From a virus (lineage: Duplodnaviria; Heunggongvirae; Uroviricota; Caudoviricetes): a DNA stretch of 64,000 bases. The DNA lies in IMG/VR virus record IMGVR_UViG_3300042445_002023. One strand, 5' to 3'. Positions 19,947 to 29,968 of this stretch are shown here, piece by piece. The position numbers were made by a program, and so were the translations under genes. The notes below the pieces were generated by a model, which had not been told where the DNA came from, ran no database searches, and was given only the letters and a program-made list of their open reading frames with translations. Positions within the stretch are counted from its first letter, which is position 1, and each line of letters opens with the position of its first letter.

Positions 19947-20858
19947 ATGGCAGTATATGATACGGATTATCAAGCTCTAAGACAAAAAGAGATTGAAGAA
20001 TATAAATTAAACAAACAATTAAAAATCAAAAAAATGATTAAAGCAATTAGTGCAGGTGTATTAGGATTTATCCTATTAGTAGTATTATTCAATTCATGTG
20101 AAAGAATTGATGCAGGATATGTTGGTGTTAAAGTAAACCAATATGGTGATAACAAAGGGGTGGATGATGTAGTAGCAGTTACCGGTATGGTATTCTATAA
20201 TCCAATTACAACTAAGATTTATGAGTTCCCTACATTCATTCAACATAAGGAATACAAAGGTGAAAATTCATTCATTGTAAATAGTAAGGATGGTTCTGAA
20301 TTTAACGTATCTCCGATTATGAACTATTCAGTTCAGAGGGATAAAGTTCCGGCAATATTTTCTAAGTATCGTAGACCTTTGGAAGATATTGAGGAAGGCT
20401 TTTTAAAAACAGCAGTGTATGATGCATTCAGATTAGCAACTAACAAATATACCGCAGATGAGTTAATCTCAAATAGAGCAATATTTGAAATTGAAGTTCG
20501 TAGGTTATTAGATGGACAATTATTAAAAGAGGGATTTACAATTAATCAGTTCACATCGAATTTGATTTATCCAGAAACATTCAAACGTTCAATCGAAGCT
20601 AAGAACAACGCAGTTCAAGCAGCATTAAGAGCAGAGAACGAAGTGAAAACTGCTGAAGCACAAGCGAAGATTAAAGTAGCAACTGCGGAAGGTAATGCAC
20701 AGGCAATGTTAACCTCTGCAAAGGCAGAAGCGGAATCAAATCGAATGAAGCAAGTAACTCTAACACCATTGTTGTTACAATTGGAATATATTAACAAATG
20801 GGATGGTAAATTACCGGTCTATGGGCAAGTTCCACAAATGTTTAAAAATATCCAATAA
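19947..20858 (+). CDS. SPFH/band-7 (prohibitin or HflK/C-like) membrane protein
   Basis: N-terminal transmembrane segment (ISAGVLGFILLVVLF) then a band-7-like body and an Ala/Glu-rich coiled coil (AEAQAKIKVATAEGNAQAMLTSAKAEAESNRMKQ). Confidence 0.55.
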   Translation: MAVYDTDYQALRQKEIEEYKLNKQLKIKKMIKAISAGVLGFILLVVLFNSCERIDAGYVGVKVNQYGDNKGVDDVVAVTGMVFYNPITTKIYEFPTFIQHKEYKGENSFIVNSKDGSEFNVSPIMNYSVQRDKVPAIFSKYRRPLEDIEEGFLKTAVYDAFRLATNKYTADELISNRAIFEIEVRRLLDGQLLKEGFTINQFTSNLIYPETFKRSIEAKNNAVQAALRAENEVKTAEAQAKIKVATAEGNAQAMLTSAKAEAESNRMKQVTLTPLLLQLEYINKWDGKLPVYGQVPQMFKNIQ

Positions 20859-20987
20859 AATTAGATATGAAAATAATCTATATGGAACAAACCATTATGT
20901 TATTGGTACAACAAAATCCAAAAATGGTAGATAAATTAATCCAAACAGGTATAATCAAAGAACATAAGGATAAGAAATATTTGGTCA

Positions 20988-21314
20988 TTGAAGAAAAAAC
21001 AGAAACAAGTGAGTAGTAACGAAAAGAAAAGTGAATTTTATATTGGAGATGCGAGTTATCTGACAATGAAAACGAGCACCATTATTGAAATGAGAGACCA
21101 TTTGAGGTTAATAGTTGGTGATGATGACCGTATATCATTAGATGTATCAATCAAAGCAGATTTTGAAGGAATACCACCTGAATATCATCAAATCTTTTGT
21201 CAAATGATGAGTGTAAGGTATGGGGGTATAGTAAATGTTTGGGATAACACCCAACCATTTGCAAAACCGGATGTAAAAAATAAAAAATGGTATCAATTTT
21301 GGAAATCTAACTAA
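20988..21314 (+). CDS. hypothetical protein
   Basis: ORF only; start uncertain; a 49-aa ORF at 20867-21015 is an alternative. Confidence 0.3.
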   Translation: MKKKQKQVSSNEKKSEFYIGDASYLTMKTSTIIEMRDHLRLIVGDDDRISLDVSIKADFEGIPPEYHQIFCQMMSVRYGGIVNVWDNTQPFAKPDVKNKKWYQFWKSN

Positions 21315-21333
21315 TTTTTCGTATCTTTGTAAA

Positions 21334-22596
21334 ATGATTATAGTAGAAACCGAACAAGAAGTTCAAGAGTTTTTAAACTATTGGGGTAATCATACCTCAA
21401 TAGTTTTTCCTATATGGGCTGATTTGGAAAAGCATCCAATGAATACCTATATATCGTTTCTCTATGTCCGATTCGAAACAAAGGGAGAATGGGTAATTCC
21501 ATTTGACCATACCGATTGTGAACCGATTACAATTGACCTTAGTGAATCTACACAACCTAAAAAAGTGTGGAATAAGAAGGGATTGCTACAAACGAATTTG
21601 GGTATTCAATCCCTATATGATTTGGAAACTGAATCCTTTTTCCTCCATAATAAAACAATCCCATATAACACCCTTTTAGAACCTGCCCTGAACTTTTATA
21701 CTCGTTTGGGTATAAGAGATGATTTGGGTAAAAGTTTCCCTATAATGAAGTGGGTAGAGGTATTAAACCTTATTAGTAAAGATATCCCTTATACAACAAA
21801 CGATTTGTGGATTGATGATACGATGATTCCTATCCTTTCAGATATTGAACGAATGGGACTCCACGTCGACTACAAAAAATTTATTGATAGATGGCCTTCC
21901 AATACTAAACACCTCCATAATGAAATCATTTGGACAGAATACAATCCCTATACCCTAACCTCCCGTCCCTCCAATCGACATGGTGGCATCAATTTCGGTG
22001 CATTGAATAAGAAGGATGGTTCGAGAGAAGTTTTTATTCCCCGTGATGGAACGATGTTTTTAGGGATGGATTACGATGCGTATCACGTTCGAATTATTGG
22101 CAAGTTGATTGGGTATGACCTTCCAACCACTTCCGTCCACCAATGGTTGGCAGACCAATATGGTTGTTCCTATGAGGACTCAAAGGCTCGAACCTTTAGG
22201 ATTCTTTATGGTGGAGTGAGTGAGGAGGATAGGAGTATCCCATTTTTCCAAAAGGTTGATGAGTTCATTCAAAAACTCCATATCGGTTCATTGGAGAGAG
22301 GATGGATACAAACCGGAAAGGGGCGTAAAATCCCTATCGAATGGATTGAAGGGCTAACCCCACAAAAGGCATTCAATTATCTCCTTCAAGCAACCGAAAC
22401 GGAATTTAATATGGAAGTCATCCACAAATTAAAAGCATCCGACCTTCCACTACCGGTTCTATATCTCTATGATTCATTCCTCTTTGAGTATCCTCTGAAT
22501 TGGGGGATGGAGTCTGCAAAGGGGATTAAAATCGTGCTCGAAAGTTTTGGCTTCCCAATTAAGGCGAGTTGGGGCATGGATTACTCTAAAATTTAA
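21334..22596 (+). CDS. hypothetical protein (420 aa)
   Basis: Long ORF immediately after a TTTTCGTATCTTTG promoter-like motif; no motif recognised. Confidence 0.5.
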   Translation: MIIVETEQEVQEFLNYWGNHTSIVFPIWADLEKHPMNTYISFLYVRFETKGEWVIPFDHTDCEPITIDLSESTQPKKVWNKKGLLQTNLGIQSLYDLETESFFLHNKTIPYNTLLEPALNFYTRLGIRDDLGKSFPIMKWVEVLNLISKDIPYTTNDLWIDDTMIPILSDIERMGLHVDYKKFIDRWPSNTKHLHNEIIWTEYNPYTLTSRPSNRHGGINFGALNKKDGSREVFIPRDGTMFLGMDYDAYHVRIIGKLIGYDLPTTSVHQWLADQYGCSYEDSKARTFRILYGGVSEEDRSIPFFQKVDEFIQKLHIGSLERGWIQTGKGRKIPIEWIEGLTPQKAFNYLLQATETEFNMEVIHKLKASDLPLPVLYLYDSFLFEYPLNWGMESAKGIKIVLESFGFPIKASWGMDYSKI

Positions 22597-22627
22597 TATT
22601 TATATACTAAACGAGAAAAGTTAGTAT

Positions 22628-23293
22628 ATGAGAAAAAATTTAGGAACAATAGTGGGGATTACGTTAATGACGTTGATGCTATCATTCGTTACAATTGTAA
22701 CATTCGCACAAGATGTAGTGGTTTTAAAACACACAAATTACACCTCACACTTTAGTAAATCAAAAAGATATCCTGTCTTAGTAGAATGGTGGGAAACCAA
22801 AGCAAAAATTGGTTGTCCAAATCCAATTCCACGTAAAGATAATTTTAAACCCGACCCCCTTTTACCAAACGAAACCAATATTGGAAACGATTATGTAGGA
22901 AGTGGATTTGATAGAGGTCATCTAATGCCGGCAAAATCAAATCAATGTCAAACTCCGGCGATACAAGATGAAAGTTTCTATTATTCAAATATGGTAGCAC
23001 AATACCATAGATTAAATGCGGGAGATTGGAAATCCTTAGAAACCCTAACAAGAGATGTTGCTCTAATATCAGATTCCGTTCATGTGTGGGCAGGAAATGT
23101 GGGTGAGTTAAAAAAGATAGGAAAGATTTCCGTACCGACACAATGTTGGAAAGTTTTTTATGTAGTTAGAAATAAAGAATGGTTTGCGTTTTTATTTGAG
23201 AACGACTTATCTAAACCAGATGGTATAAATAATAATAAAGTAGAGGTTTCGGATATTGAAAAACTAACAGGGTTTAAATTCAAACAAAAATAA
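22628..23293 (+). CDS. secreted non-specific DNA/RNA endonuclease of the Serratia-nuclease (DRGH) family
   Basis: N-terminal signal peptide (LGTIVGITLMTLMLSFVTIVTFAQD) and the active-site motif GSGFDRGHLMPAKSN. Confidence 0.6.
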   Translation: MRKNLGTIVGITLMTLMLSFVTIVTFAQDVVVLKHTNYTSHFSKSKRYPVLVEWWETKAKIGCPNPIPRKDNFKPDPLLPNETNIGNDYVGSGFDRGHLMPAKSNQCQTPAIQDESFYYSNMVAQYHRLNAGDWKSLETLTRDVALISDSVHVWAGNVGELKKIGKISVPTQCWKVFYVVRNKEWFAFLFENDLSKPDGINNNKVEVSDIEKLTGFKFKQK

Positions 23294-23304
23294 GGAAAAA
23301 CAAA

Positions 23305-23922
23305 ATGGCAATAGTATTAACAAACGGAATAATAACTGAATTAAAAACATCTACAAGTGGTAAGAATTTAGCATTTGGTGATTTTGTTGGTAAAGCAATT
23401 ATATCAGGTTCGGTAGTATCATCACCAACTACAACACAATTATTAACCAATTCTGACTTTAGTTCCGGAACAACGGGATGGACAGCAAGTGGTGGATTTG
23501 GAACATGGGATTTTTATTCATCAAATCAAGCTGCAGTTTTAAATGGAGTATTGTACTTCACATATGTAAGTAGAACAGTTAGTCAATCTGTAAATGTTAG
23601 TAGTTATGTTTCTACTGCAAATTCTTTTACTGGAATTGTTAATATTAAACGTGAGAACAACGGCCCAAATAATAATGATACTTATAATTTTACATTATTA
23701 TTTAAAAACTCCGGTGGAACAACCCTTGTAACAAAAACAACAAATCAAAGTATCGCTCCTTTGAACTATACCGATGTAACATTGACTTTAGATAGAAGTG
23801 AAATTCCGGCAACATTTGATACAATAGCATCCGTAGAAGTTCGAATAACCGGACAAGATGTAGGAAACTGGAATGGTAATCACGGCCCATGGGTTGATTA
23901 TGTACAACTAAATGTATCTTAA
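23305..23922 (+). CDS. hypothetical S/T-rich protein (205 aa)
   Basis: ORF with AGGA site; rich in predicted beta structure. Confidence 0.4.
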   Translation: MAIVLTNGIITELKTSTSGKNLAFGDFVGKAIISGSVVSSPTTTQLLTNSDFSSGTTGWTASGGFGTWDFYSSNQAAVLNGVLYFTYVSRTVSQSVNVSSYVSTANSFTGIVNIKRENNGPNNNDTYNFTLLFKNSGGTTLVTKTTNQSIAPLNYTDVTLTLDRSEIPATFDTIASVEVRITGQDVGNWNGNHGPWVDYVQLNVS

Positions 23923-24039
23923 CATAAAAACAACTTACGGGATATAATTCGGAATATGGATATTTATATAAATAAGCAAAGATAAATTAGGAAAACCGAA
24001 ATATTTTTTGTATATTTGTAATGGGTAAAAAAAATAAAA

Positions 24040-26283
24040 ATGACTTCAAATCAATTTTTCAATAAATTATTACGTGAACTTTCTTATAGGAGTACCGAAG
24101 GGTATCCTATACTCGCTAAAAAAGAACATCAAGACCTAATATCAGATATTCTATCAGAATGGGGTTTGAGTTCAATGGAATCGGAACTAATCCAAAATTT
24201 AACCGAAGGTGGAGAAGAAGATGCTCAATACAAACACGTTGGACAGGGATTCTATGTAAAAGTAAGTGATGAAGGTAAAGAAGGTGCACAGAAATTTAAA
24301 AAAGATGATAATGGAAAATATTCACCGGTAAGTGATGATGAATATGAAAAACAAAAAAATAAAGCTGGTGAAGAGGGCGGACCAACTAACAATCCAAACG
24401 CTAAACCACAGGAAAAAGGTAACGGGGAAGAAGGTCAAGCGGTAGGGGGTGAACAACCACCTGCAGAACCGGAAAAGGGAACTTCATTACAAGACCCTCA
24501 ATCTCAAGAACGATTTAAGAAAGAGAAAGAAGCATCGGAGAAAGCAGCTAGAGAATCCAATCGAAAATATTCTAAAAAAGACCAATCTGCTATAAATGAT
24601 TTTCAAAGAAGAATTGGTGAAAATACCCAATTTCTAAATGCACAACAACAGGAATTAGTAAATGAAGCATTAAGTAGAATTGAAAATCTTTATGATGAGA
24701 ATTCATCAGATGAATTAAAAAAAGAGAGTGCACAATGGTTAGTGGATAATATGAAATTCTCTACCAATGATAACGGAACTAAAGCATATTTTAATGCATT
24801 GGGTGGAAATCGAAAAATCATTTCAGGAAAAGCAGGAACTGCATCAGCAGCAGAATTAGTTAATAGAGTAAAACAACACGCGGAAGTAAGAGAACATAAT
24901 CAAAAGGGTATTAAGGATAAATTATCATCCGCAGCTAAACCGGATTTAGGTAAAGAAAACGAAGCAAATCCAAAAAAATATAAACAAGTAAAGGAATTTT
25001 TCCAAAGTAATCCAATTTTAAGTAGAGTAAATGAATCATTATGGGGATTCTTTTCAGTTATGGATGAGAGTGGAAATCCTAAAATGCCGAGTAATAAATA
25101 CTCAAAAGAATATTTGGAACAAAGTTTTAAAAATCCGGCATTAGATAGAACAATTCAAGTCGCAACTGACATGTCTAAGAATGGTGAAATTGATGAAAAA
25201 TTTGTTTCTGCGTTACAAAATCATAAAAATAGATTACAAAGTCTATTAGATAAATACGAATCACCATCTGAAGAATTAGCTACAGCAATTGATGAGTCTT
25301 ATAATCAAATGATGGTTGATTTACACGAGGCAGATGCAGATGCTGCTTCTGCGGTAATGAAACAATTAGCTGAAAATCGTTTATATGAAACCCTATTGGC
25401 AAGAGGAGAAGAAGTGTACTTACCATCTAAGGGTAATTTCCCAGCAGGAGATGTTATTATGAAAGATGGTAGTGGTATGGTTTCATTGATTAGTTGTAAG
25501 TTTGGTAAATCAGGTAGAACGTATGGTTGCCCTGCAAATGCAAAAGCTATTCAATCGGTACATCCAGACCCAAACAAAAGAGAAATGACTGGTCAGTATT
25601 TAGGAGAAGGTGGTCATTTATTAGTATTAAATGATGAACTATATAGAGGAGATACTAAAGAGGAAACTATCGATAAAACTAAAAAATTCGTAATAAATTC
25701 ATTAGGTGAAATTGGATTAACAGGGGTATTCGATGAAAAAGAATTAAATGAATATGCTACTATTATAGCAGAATACACATCTGAAATTGAAAAAATAAAA
25801 CAGGAAATGGCATCAACTTCATTTCCTAGTAAAGATAAATATTGGGAAGAGTTTGGTAAAAGGTTGGCTGGAATCGATAAGGAATATGCGACTAGGATGG
25901 GTAAAATAATGACCGAAGAAAAAATTGAAAAATTAATAGGTAAAAATAATGTAGGTAATGCTCGTAATAAAAAAGGAGAAGTACCTGTTGAAGTTGCACT
26001 TTGTATGATTAACGATGCGAATAGTATTAGAACTTCAGATGGATACGGATTAGAACATAATAAACAATATTATGATGATAATGGTGAACCACATTTTGTA
26101 ACTGATAAAGGTACAAATGAACCTAATGATTATTCGATTACATATAGAACTAGAAGAACTGCAGGTAGAGCAGGAGGTGGGCCACAATATTCATTCACAG
26201 GTGATGGGAAAGTTCCAGATACAATGGTAGATAATGAAAATACTGCATACGATACCGAAAGTGGTGATGATTTAGATGACTAG
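24040..26283 (+). CDS. large acidic hypothetical protein (747 aa)
   Basis: Long ORF with low-complexity K/E/D-rich segments; no motif. Confidence 0.5.
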   Translation: MTSNQFFNKLLRELSYRSTEGYPILAKKEHQDLISDILSEWGLSSMESELIQNLTEGGEEDAQYKHVGQGFYVKVSDEGKEGAQKFKKDDNGKYSPVSDDEYEKQKNKAGEEGGPTNNPNAKPQEKGNGEEGQAVGGEQPPAEPEKGTSLQDPQSQERFKKEKEASEKAARESNRKYSKKDQSAINDFQRRIGENTQFLNAQQQELVNEALSRIENLYDENSSDELKKESAQWLVDNMKFSTNDNGTKAYFNALGGNRKIISGKAGTASAAELVNRVKQHAEVREHNQKGIKDKLSSAAKPDLGKENEANPKKYKQVKEFFQSNPILSRVNESLWGFFSVMDESGNPKMPSNKYSKEYLEQSFKNPALDRTIQVATDMSKNGEIDEKFVSALQNHKNRLQSLLDKYESPSEELATAIDESYNQMMVDLHEADADAASAVMKQLAENRLYETLLARGEEVYLPSKGNFPAGDVIMKDGSGMVSLISCKFGKSGRTYGCPANAKAIQSVHPDPNKREMTGQYLGEGGHLLVLNDELYRGDTKEETIDKTKKFVINSLGEIGLTGVFDEKELNEYATIIAEYTSEIEKIKQEMASTSFPSKDKYWEEFGKRLAGIDKEYATRMGKIMTEEKIEKLIGKNNVGNARNKKGEVPVEVALCMINDANSIRTSDGYGLEHNKQYYDDNGEPHFVTDKGTNEPNDYSITYRTRRTAGRAGGGPQYSFTGDGKVPDTMVDNENTAYDTESGDDLDD

Positions 26284-26356
26284 TATCAGTAAATAAGTCT
26301 TTCGATTTCGTTTTTTATACTTATTGTAGAGAGTATAAAAAAATAGGAGAGAATCG

Positions 26357-26767
26357 ATGCAAACACAATTATTGTGTACCTTTACAAAAAGAGATGAGTT
26401 ACAAACCATACTAGAAAAAATTAGACAAACATATACAATTGTTTATAATTACATATACGTGCTTCAGAATAAATCTAACTTAGATGAATTATATATTACA
26501 TACAATATAGATACTCAATATAAACCATCTACTCCACTAAAAGATACTATTTTAGTACATAGAAAAAAACAATCTAATACCTTATATACAATCAACGCCC
26601 TAAATGAATTAGTTAAAGAGGAAAATGGTGGTAAATTAGATAAGAGTTTTGAGATAGATTGGGAAAAATTTAGAAACACTATTATAGTGACAAATACCGA
26701 AGGAACTAAGAAACTTAGTACAAGAATTTTTGAAGTGATAGAAACTTCTGAAAATACTCCTCAATAA
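26357..26767 (+). CDS. hypothetical protein (136 aa)
   Basis: AGGAG site upstream. Confidence 0.45.
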   Translation: MQTQLLCTFTKRDELQTILEKIRQTYTIVYNYIYVLQNKSNLDELYITYNIDTQYKPSTPLKDTILVHRKKQSNTLYTINALNELVKEENGGKLDKSFEIDWEKFRNTIIVTNTEGTKKLSTRIFEVIETSENTPQ

Positions 26768-26770
26768 ATT

Positions 26771-26800
26771 TGGTAATACGAAATATTATTCGTATCTTTG
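26771..26800 (+). promoter_or_regulatory. early/middle promoter-like motif: TGGTAATACGAAATATTATTCGTATCTTTG
   Basis: TATCTTTG matches the Bacteroidetes sigA -7 consensus TAnnTTTG. An upstream TACGAA-N6-TTCGTA palindrome is present. The motif family recurs at 21316-21329, 27324-27342, 29011-29043, 38528-38556, 47746-47780, 53393-53440 and 54703-54733. Confidence 0.55.
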
Positions 26801-26827
26801 AATTAATAAAAATAAATAAAGGTTATA

Positions 26828-27298
26828 ATGGCAAAAAACACACCCCCACAATCAAGTGGCCCTAAGATTATAGGCCAACAGGTGAAGAATCAACTTCAAA
26901 TGAACATCGCTCCTAAATTGGAGACTAAAGATGATGAGGTTGCATTTATCAAATATGATAATCCCAAAATCATAGAACAGGTCGAAAAAGAATATCCAGA
27001 AATGACGGATGAGTTTAAACGACTTATGTTTACTCAATACGAATTGTTTTGTCTAAAACAATCAAACTACGGCCCAAACAATATTTCGGTTGGTACTAAA
27101 TTAGAAACTGCTGAGGATAAGAAATTATCACTAACGGGATTATGGTTTAGAATGAACGATAAAATCCAAAGATTAAAACAATTGGTAGTCCTAAGTAAAG
27201 AGGATTCAGTTGGGGAATCAATAGAAGATACCTTTCAAGACCTATCAGTATATGGAATTATTGCACAAATAGTTTCTAATGGTAAATGGGCAAAATAA
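26828..27298 (+). CDS. hypothetical protein (156 aa)
   Basis: Preceded by the full early motif at 26771-26800. Confidence 0.45.
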   Translation: MAKNTPPQSSGPKIIGQQVKNQLQMNIAPKLETKDDEVAFIKYDNPKIIEQVEKEYPEMTDEFKRLMFTQYELFCLKQSNYGPNNISVGTKLETAEDKKLSLTGLWFRMNDKIQRLKQLVVLSKEDSVGESIEDTFQDLSVYGIIAQIVSNGKWAK

Positions 27299-27369
27299 AC
27301 GATAGAATATTTGGATATATCAGATAATAATCGTATCTTAGCTTAATAATAAAACATAAAACTTAAAAT

Positions 27370-28992
27370 ATGAAGTATAGTAAAAAAGAATATTGTGAAA
27401 ATTGTAACGCTATATTAGGTTATGAATGTACCTATACCTTACCAATTGATAACAATTCAAAAGGTATTTTAACAATTGAACACTGGGATGGTAATCCTAA
27501 TAATAATTTATCAGATAATCTTTTAACATTATGTGGTAATTGTGCACAATACAAGACAAATTTATATCAAGATTGGCAGACACCGGGTAGAAACTTAAAA
27601 AAAGTAGAAGGTAGTAGTTGGATAGACCCTATCGATTTTATATGGAAAGATTGGATTGCATATTGTAATTCACCTCTATTTCCAAAAATAACAAATAATA
27701 TTGGTATTATTGTTGGTAAAACTGGTCAAGGTAAAACATTTACGATTACTAAATATATGATACCAGAATGGTCAAAACCAAAACATAATCTTCAATTAGT
27801 GATAGTATCGGCACCACAATGTGGTATTTTAGATGAAATTGATTTTTTATTATGTGCACAAACAAATAAATGGTTTTTTTCAGATAACCCTCAACGTACA
27901 CTTGAACTTTTAGAAGATGGTCATCGTGTAATCCATATTTCAACTCACAAAGGATTGGTAAGTAAGAATGGAAAGAATCTTATAAAATATTGTAAGAAAA
28001 GTAACGTAAAACATGCGATAATTATCGATGAGGCCCACACGTGGTTATGTACTAATCCAGAAGTTTATAAAAAGGTAGTAGGTTGGAATACCGATGGTTA
28101 TTCTGCATGCCTCTATAATTTATTATCTGAAATTACACGTTACAATCCATATGTATTTGGTTTAACCGCAACACCAAATGGTGAACAAACTGGAAAAGTA
28201 GCAATCAATAATTCAAAAACTACTTTTCAAATTATAAATAAAAGTTGTCCTGTGCAACTTTTACTACCAAAACAGGCATGGATTAAAGAACATGGATATT
28301 TGAATTTAGAAAAGGTAGAAGAAACATTTGATAAAGTAAAAGAAAGAATTATTGAAATTGAAAACTCAAAATTAATTACAGGAGTTAAGAAAACACTTTT
28401 GTTATCATGTGCTATTAGTGGATATGATAATCCATATGAAGTAGATTCCGTATTGGAAAGGGTAAATCAAATTTATTTAGATTTGGGAATGGAAGGTGAT
28501 TTTAAAACATGTGTTATGACAAGTGGTAGAAATGAATCTTACTCTCCCGATGGAAGTATTGAACAAGAAAATGAAACTTCATTAAAACGAAAATTAAATA
28601 ATAACGAAGACCCTTTATCCGTAATTCTTGTCGTTCATAAAGGAACTATGGGAATGAATATTCCTACTATGAGTGGAGTAATGGTTTTAAAGAGAACTGA
28701 TAAAGATGATGGTGACGGGCTATCACTTACTGAATTCGCAAGACAATTAATAGGTCGGTTGGTTCGAATAAATGTACTTAATCAGAAATCGTTGAAAGAG
28801 CAATATAATTATGATTTTTCTGAATACTATCAAACATTATCGGATGAAGAAAAGATAAATGCAATTGAAGCTAATTCATTCTTTGTAGATATTCCGGCTA
28901 ATAATGAAATGTGGGAATTAGCTATACAAGAATTCAGACAAACATATGTTAATAACGTTGAATTTGCAATTGAATCGTTGAATAAATTATAA
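27370..28992 (+). CDS. DEAH-box superfamily-2 helicase or ATPase with an N-terminal Cys4 zinc finger
   Basis: Walker A (IGIIVGKTGQGKTFT), DEAH motif (IIDEAHTW), and an N-terminal CENCN...CGNC cluster. Confidence 0.6.
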   Translation: MKYSKKEYCENCNAILGYECTYTLPIDNNSKGILTIEHWDGNPNNNLSDNLLTLCGNCAQYKTNLYQDWQTPGRNLKKVEGSSWIDPIDFIWKDWIAYCNSPLFPKITNNIGIIVGKTGQGKTFTITKYMIPEWSKPKHNLQLVIVSAPQCGILDEIDFLLCAQTNKWFFSDNPQRTLELLEDGHRVIHISTHKGLVSKNGKNLIKYCKKSNVKHAIIIDEAHTWLCTNPEVYKKVVGWNTDGYSACLYNLLSEITRYNPYVFGLTATPNGEQTGKVAINNSKTTFQIINKSCPVQLLLPKQAWIKEHGYLNLEKVEETFDKVKERIIEIENSKLITGVKKTLLLSCAISGYDNPYEVDSVLERVNQIYLDLGMEGDFKTCVMTSGRNESYSPDGSIEQENETSLKRKLNNNEDPLSVILVVHKGTMGMNIPTMSGVMVLKRTDKDDGDGLSLTEFARQLIGRLVRINVLNQKSLKEQYNYDFSEYYQTLSDEEKINAIEANSFFVDIPANNEMWELAIQEFRQTYVNNVEFAIESLNKL

Positions 28993-29119
28993 AAATTCTT
29001 TGATTAATTATATACGAAAATCGGAAATTCGTATATTTATATACACACACCGCGAGTAGGAAAGACTCGTAAATAAAACCATAAAACAACTTAATTTTAA
29101 ACACTTAAACGGAGAAAAA

Positions 29120-29956
29120 ATGGCATTAGACATTAACGCAATTAGAGGTAGACTAAACAAACTACAAAACACACAAAAGAAAACGGATGCATTGTGGAAA
29201 CCAACACCTGGCAAATCCCAAGTCCGTATCGTCCCTTACAAGTTCAACAAAGATAATCCTTTTATCGAACTTTATTTTCACTACAACGTAAATAACAAAA
29301 CTTATCTATCTCCAATTTCATTTGGTAGACCTGACCCTATTGTTGAGTTTGCAGACAAACTTAAAAGAATGGGTGATAAGGAAGATTGGAAAGCAGCAAA
29401 GGCAATGGAGCCTAAGTTGAGAACCTTCGTTCCTGTTATTGTTCGCGGTCAAGAAAGTGAAGGAGTTAAATTTTGGGGATTTGGCAAGACAGTTTATCAA
29501 GAAATTTTGGGTTACATTGCTGACCCCGATTACGGAGATATTACTGACCCAAATGCCGGTAGAGATTTAACAGTTGATTACATTTCTGCGGAAGATGCAG
29601 GTACATCGTATCCTACGACTACACTGCGTGTTAAACCAAATCAAACACCATTGGCAGAAGGTGGAGACCTTCAGAAATTCTTAGATAATCAAACTGAGAT
29701 TACTGAATTGTATTCCGAACTTTCTTACGCTGAATTAAAGAATGTATTAGAAGGATGGTTAAATCCATCTGCAACATCGGAAGATGATGATACAACTTCA
29801 GTAGTAGAGGAAACCCTTTCAACCAACACTACATCTAAGGCTACACCAAGTGTATCACATGATTTAGGCGGTTCAATCGAAACTCCATCACAACCACCAG
29901 TTTCTAAAAAGACTGATGATGTAGCTGCAGCATTCGATGATTTATTTAACAATTAA
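29120..29956 (+). CDS. single-stranded DNA-binding protein (gp32-like, putative)
   Basis: Acidic C-terminal tail ending DDVAAAFDDLFNN, typical of SSB tails; lies directly upstream of the recombinase. Confidence 0.45.
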   Translation: MALDINAIRGRLNKLQNTQKKTDALWKPTPGKSQVRIVPYKFNKDNPFIELYFHYNVNNKTYLSPISFGRPDPIVEFADKLKRMGDKEDWKAAKAMEPKLRTFVPVIVRGQESEGVKFWGFGKTVYQEILGYIADPDYGDITDPNAGRDLTVDYISAEDAGTSYPTTTLRVKPNQTPLAEGGDLQKFLDNQTEITELYSELSYAELKNVLEGWLNPSATSEDDDTTSVVEETLSTNTTSKATPSVSHDLGGSIETPSQPPVSKKTDDVAAAFDDLFNN

Positions 29957-29968
29957 TAACCAAATTTT

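Noticed and set aside
29011-29075. Possible terminator hairpin CGAGT-AGGAAAG-ACTCG at 29053-29069 after the helicase gene
   Set aside because: Only a 5-bp stem with no following T-run. More likely part of the promoter/operator region upstream of the SSB gene.
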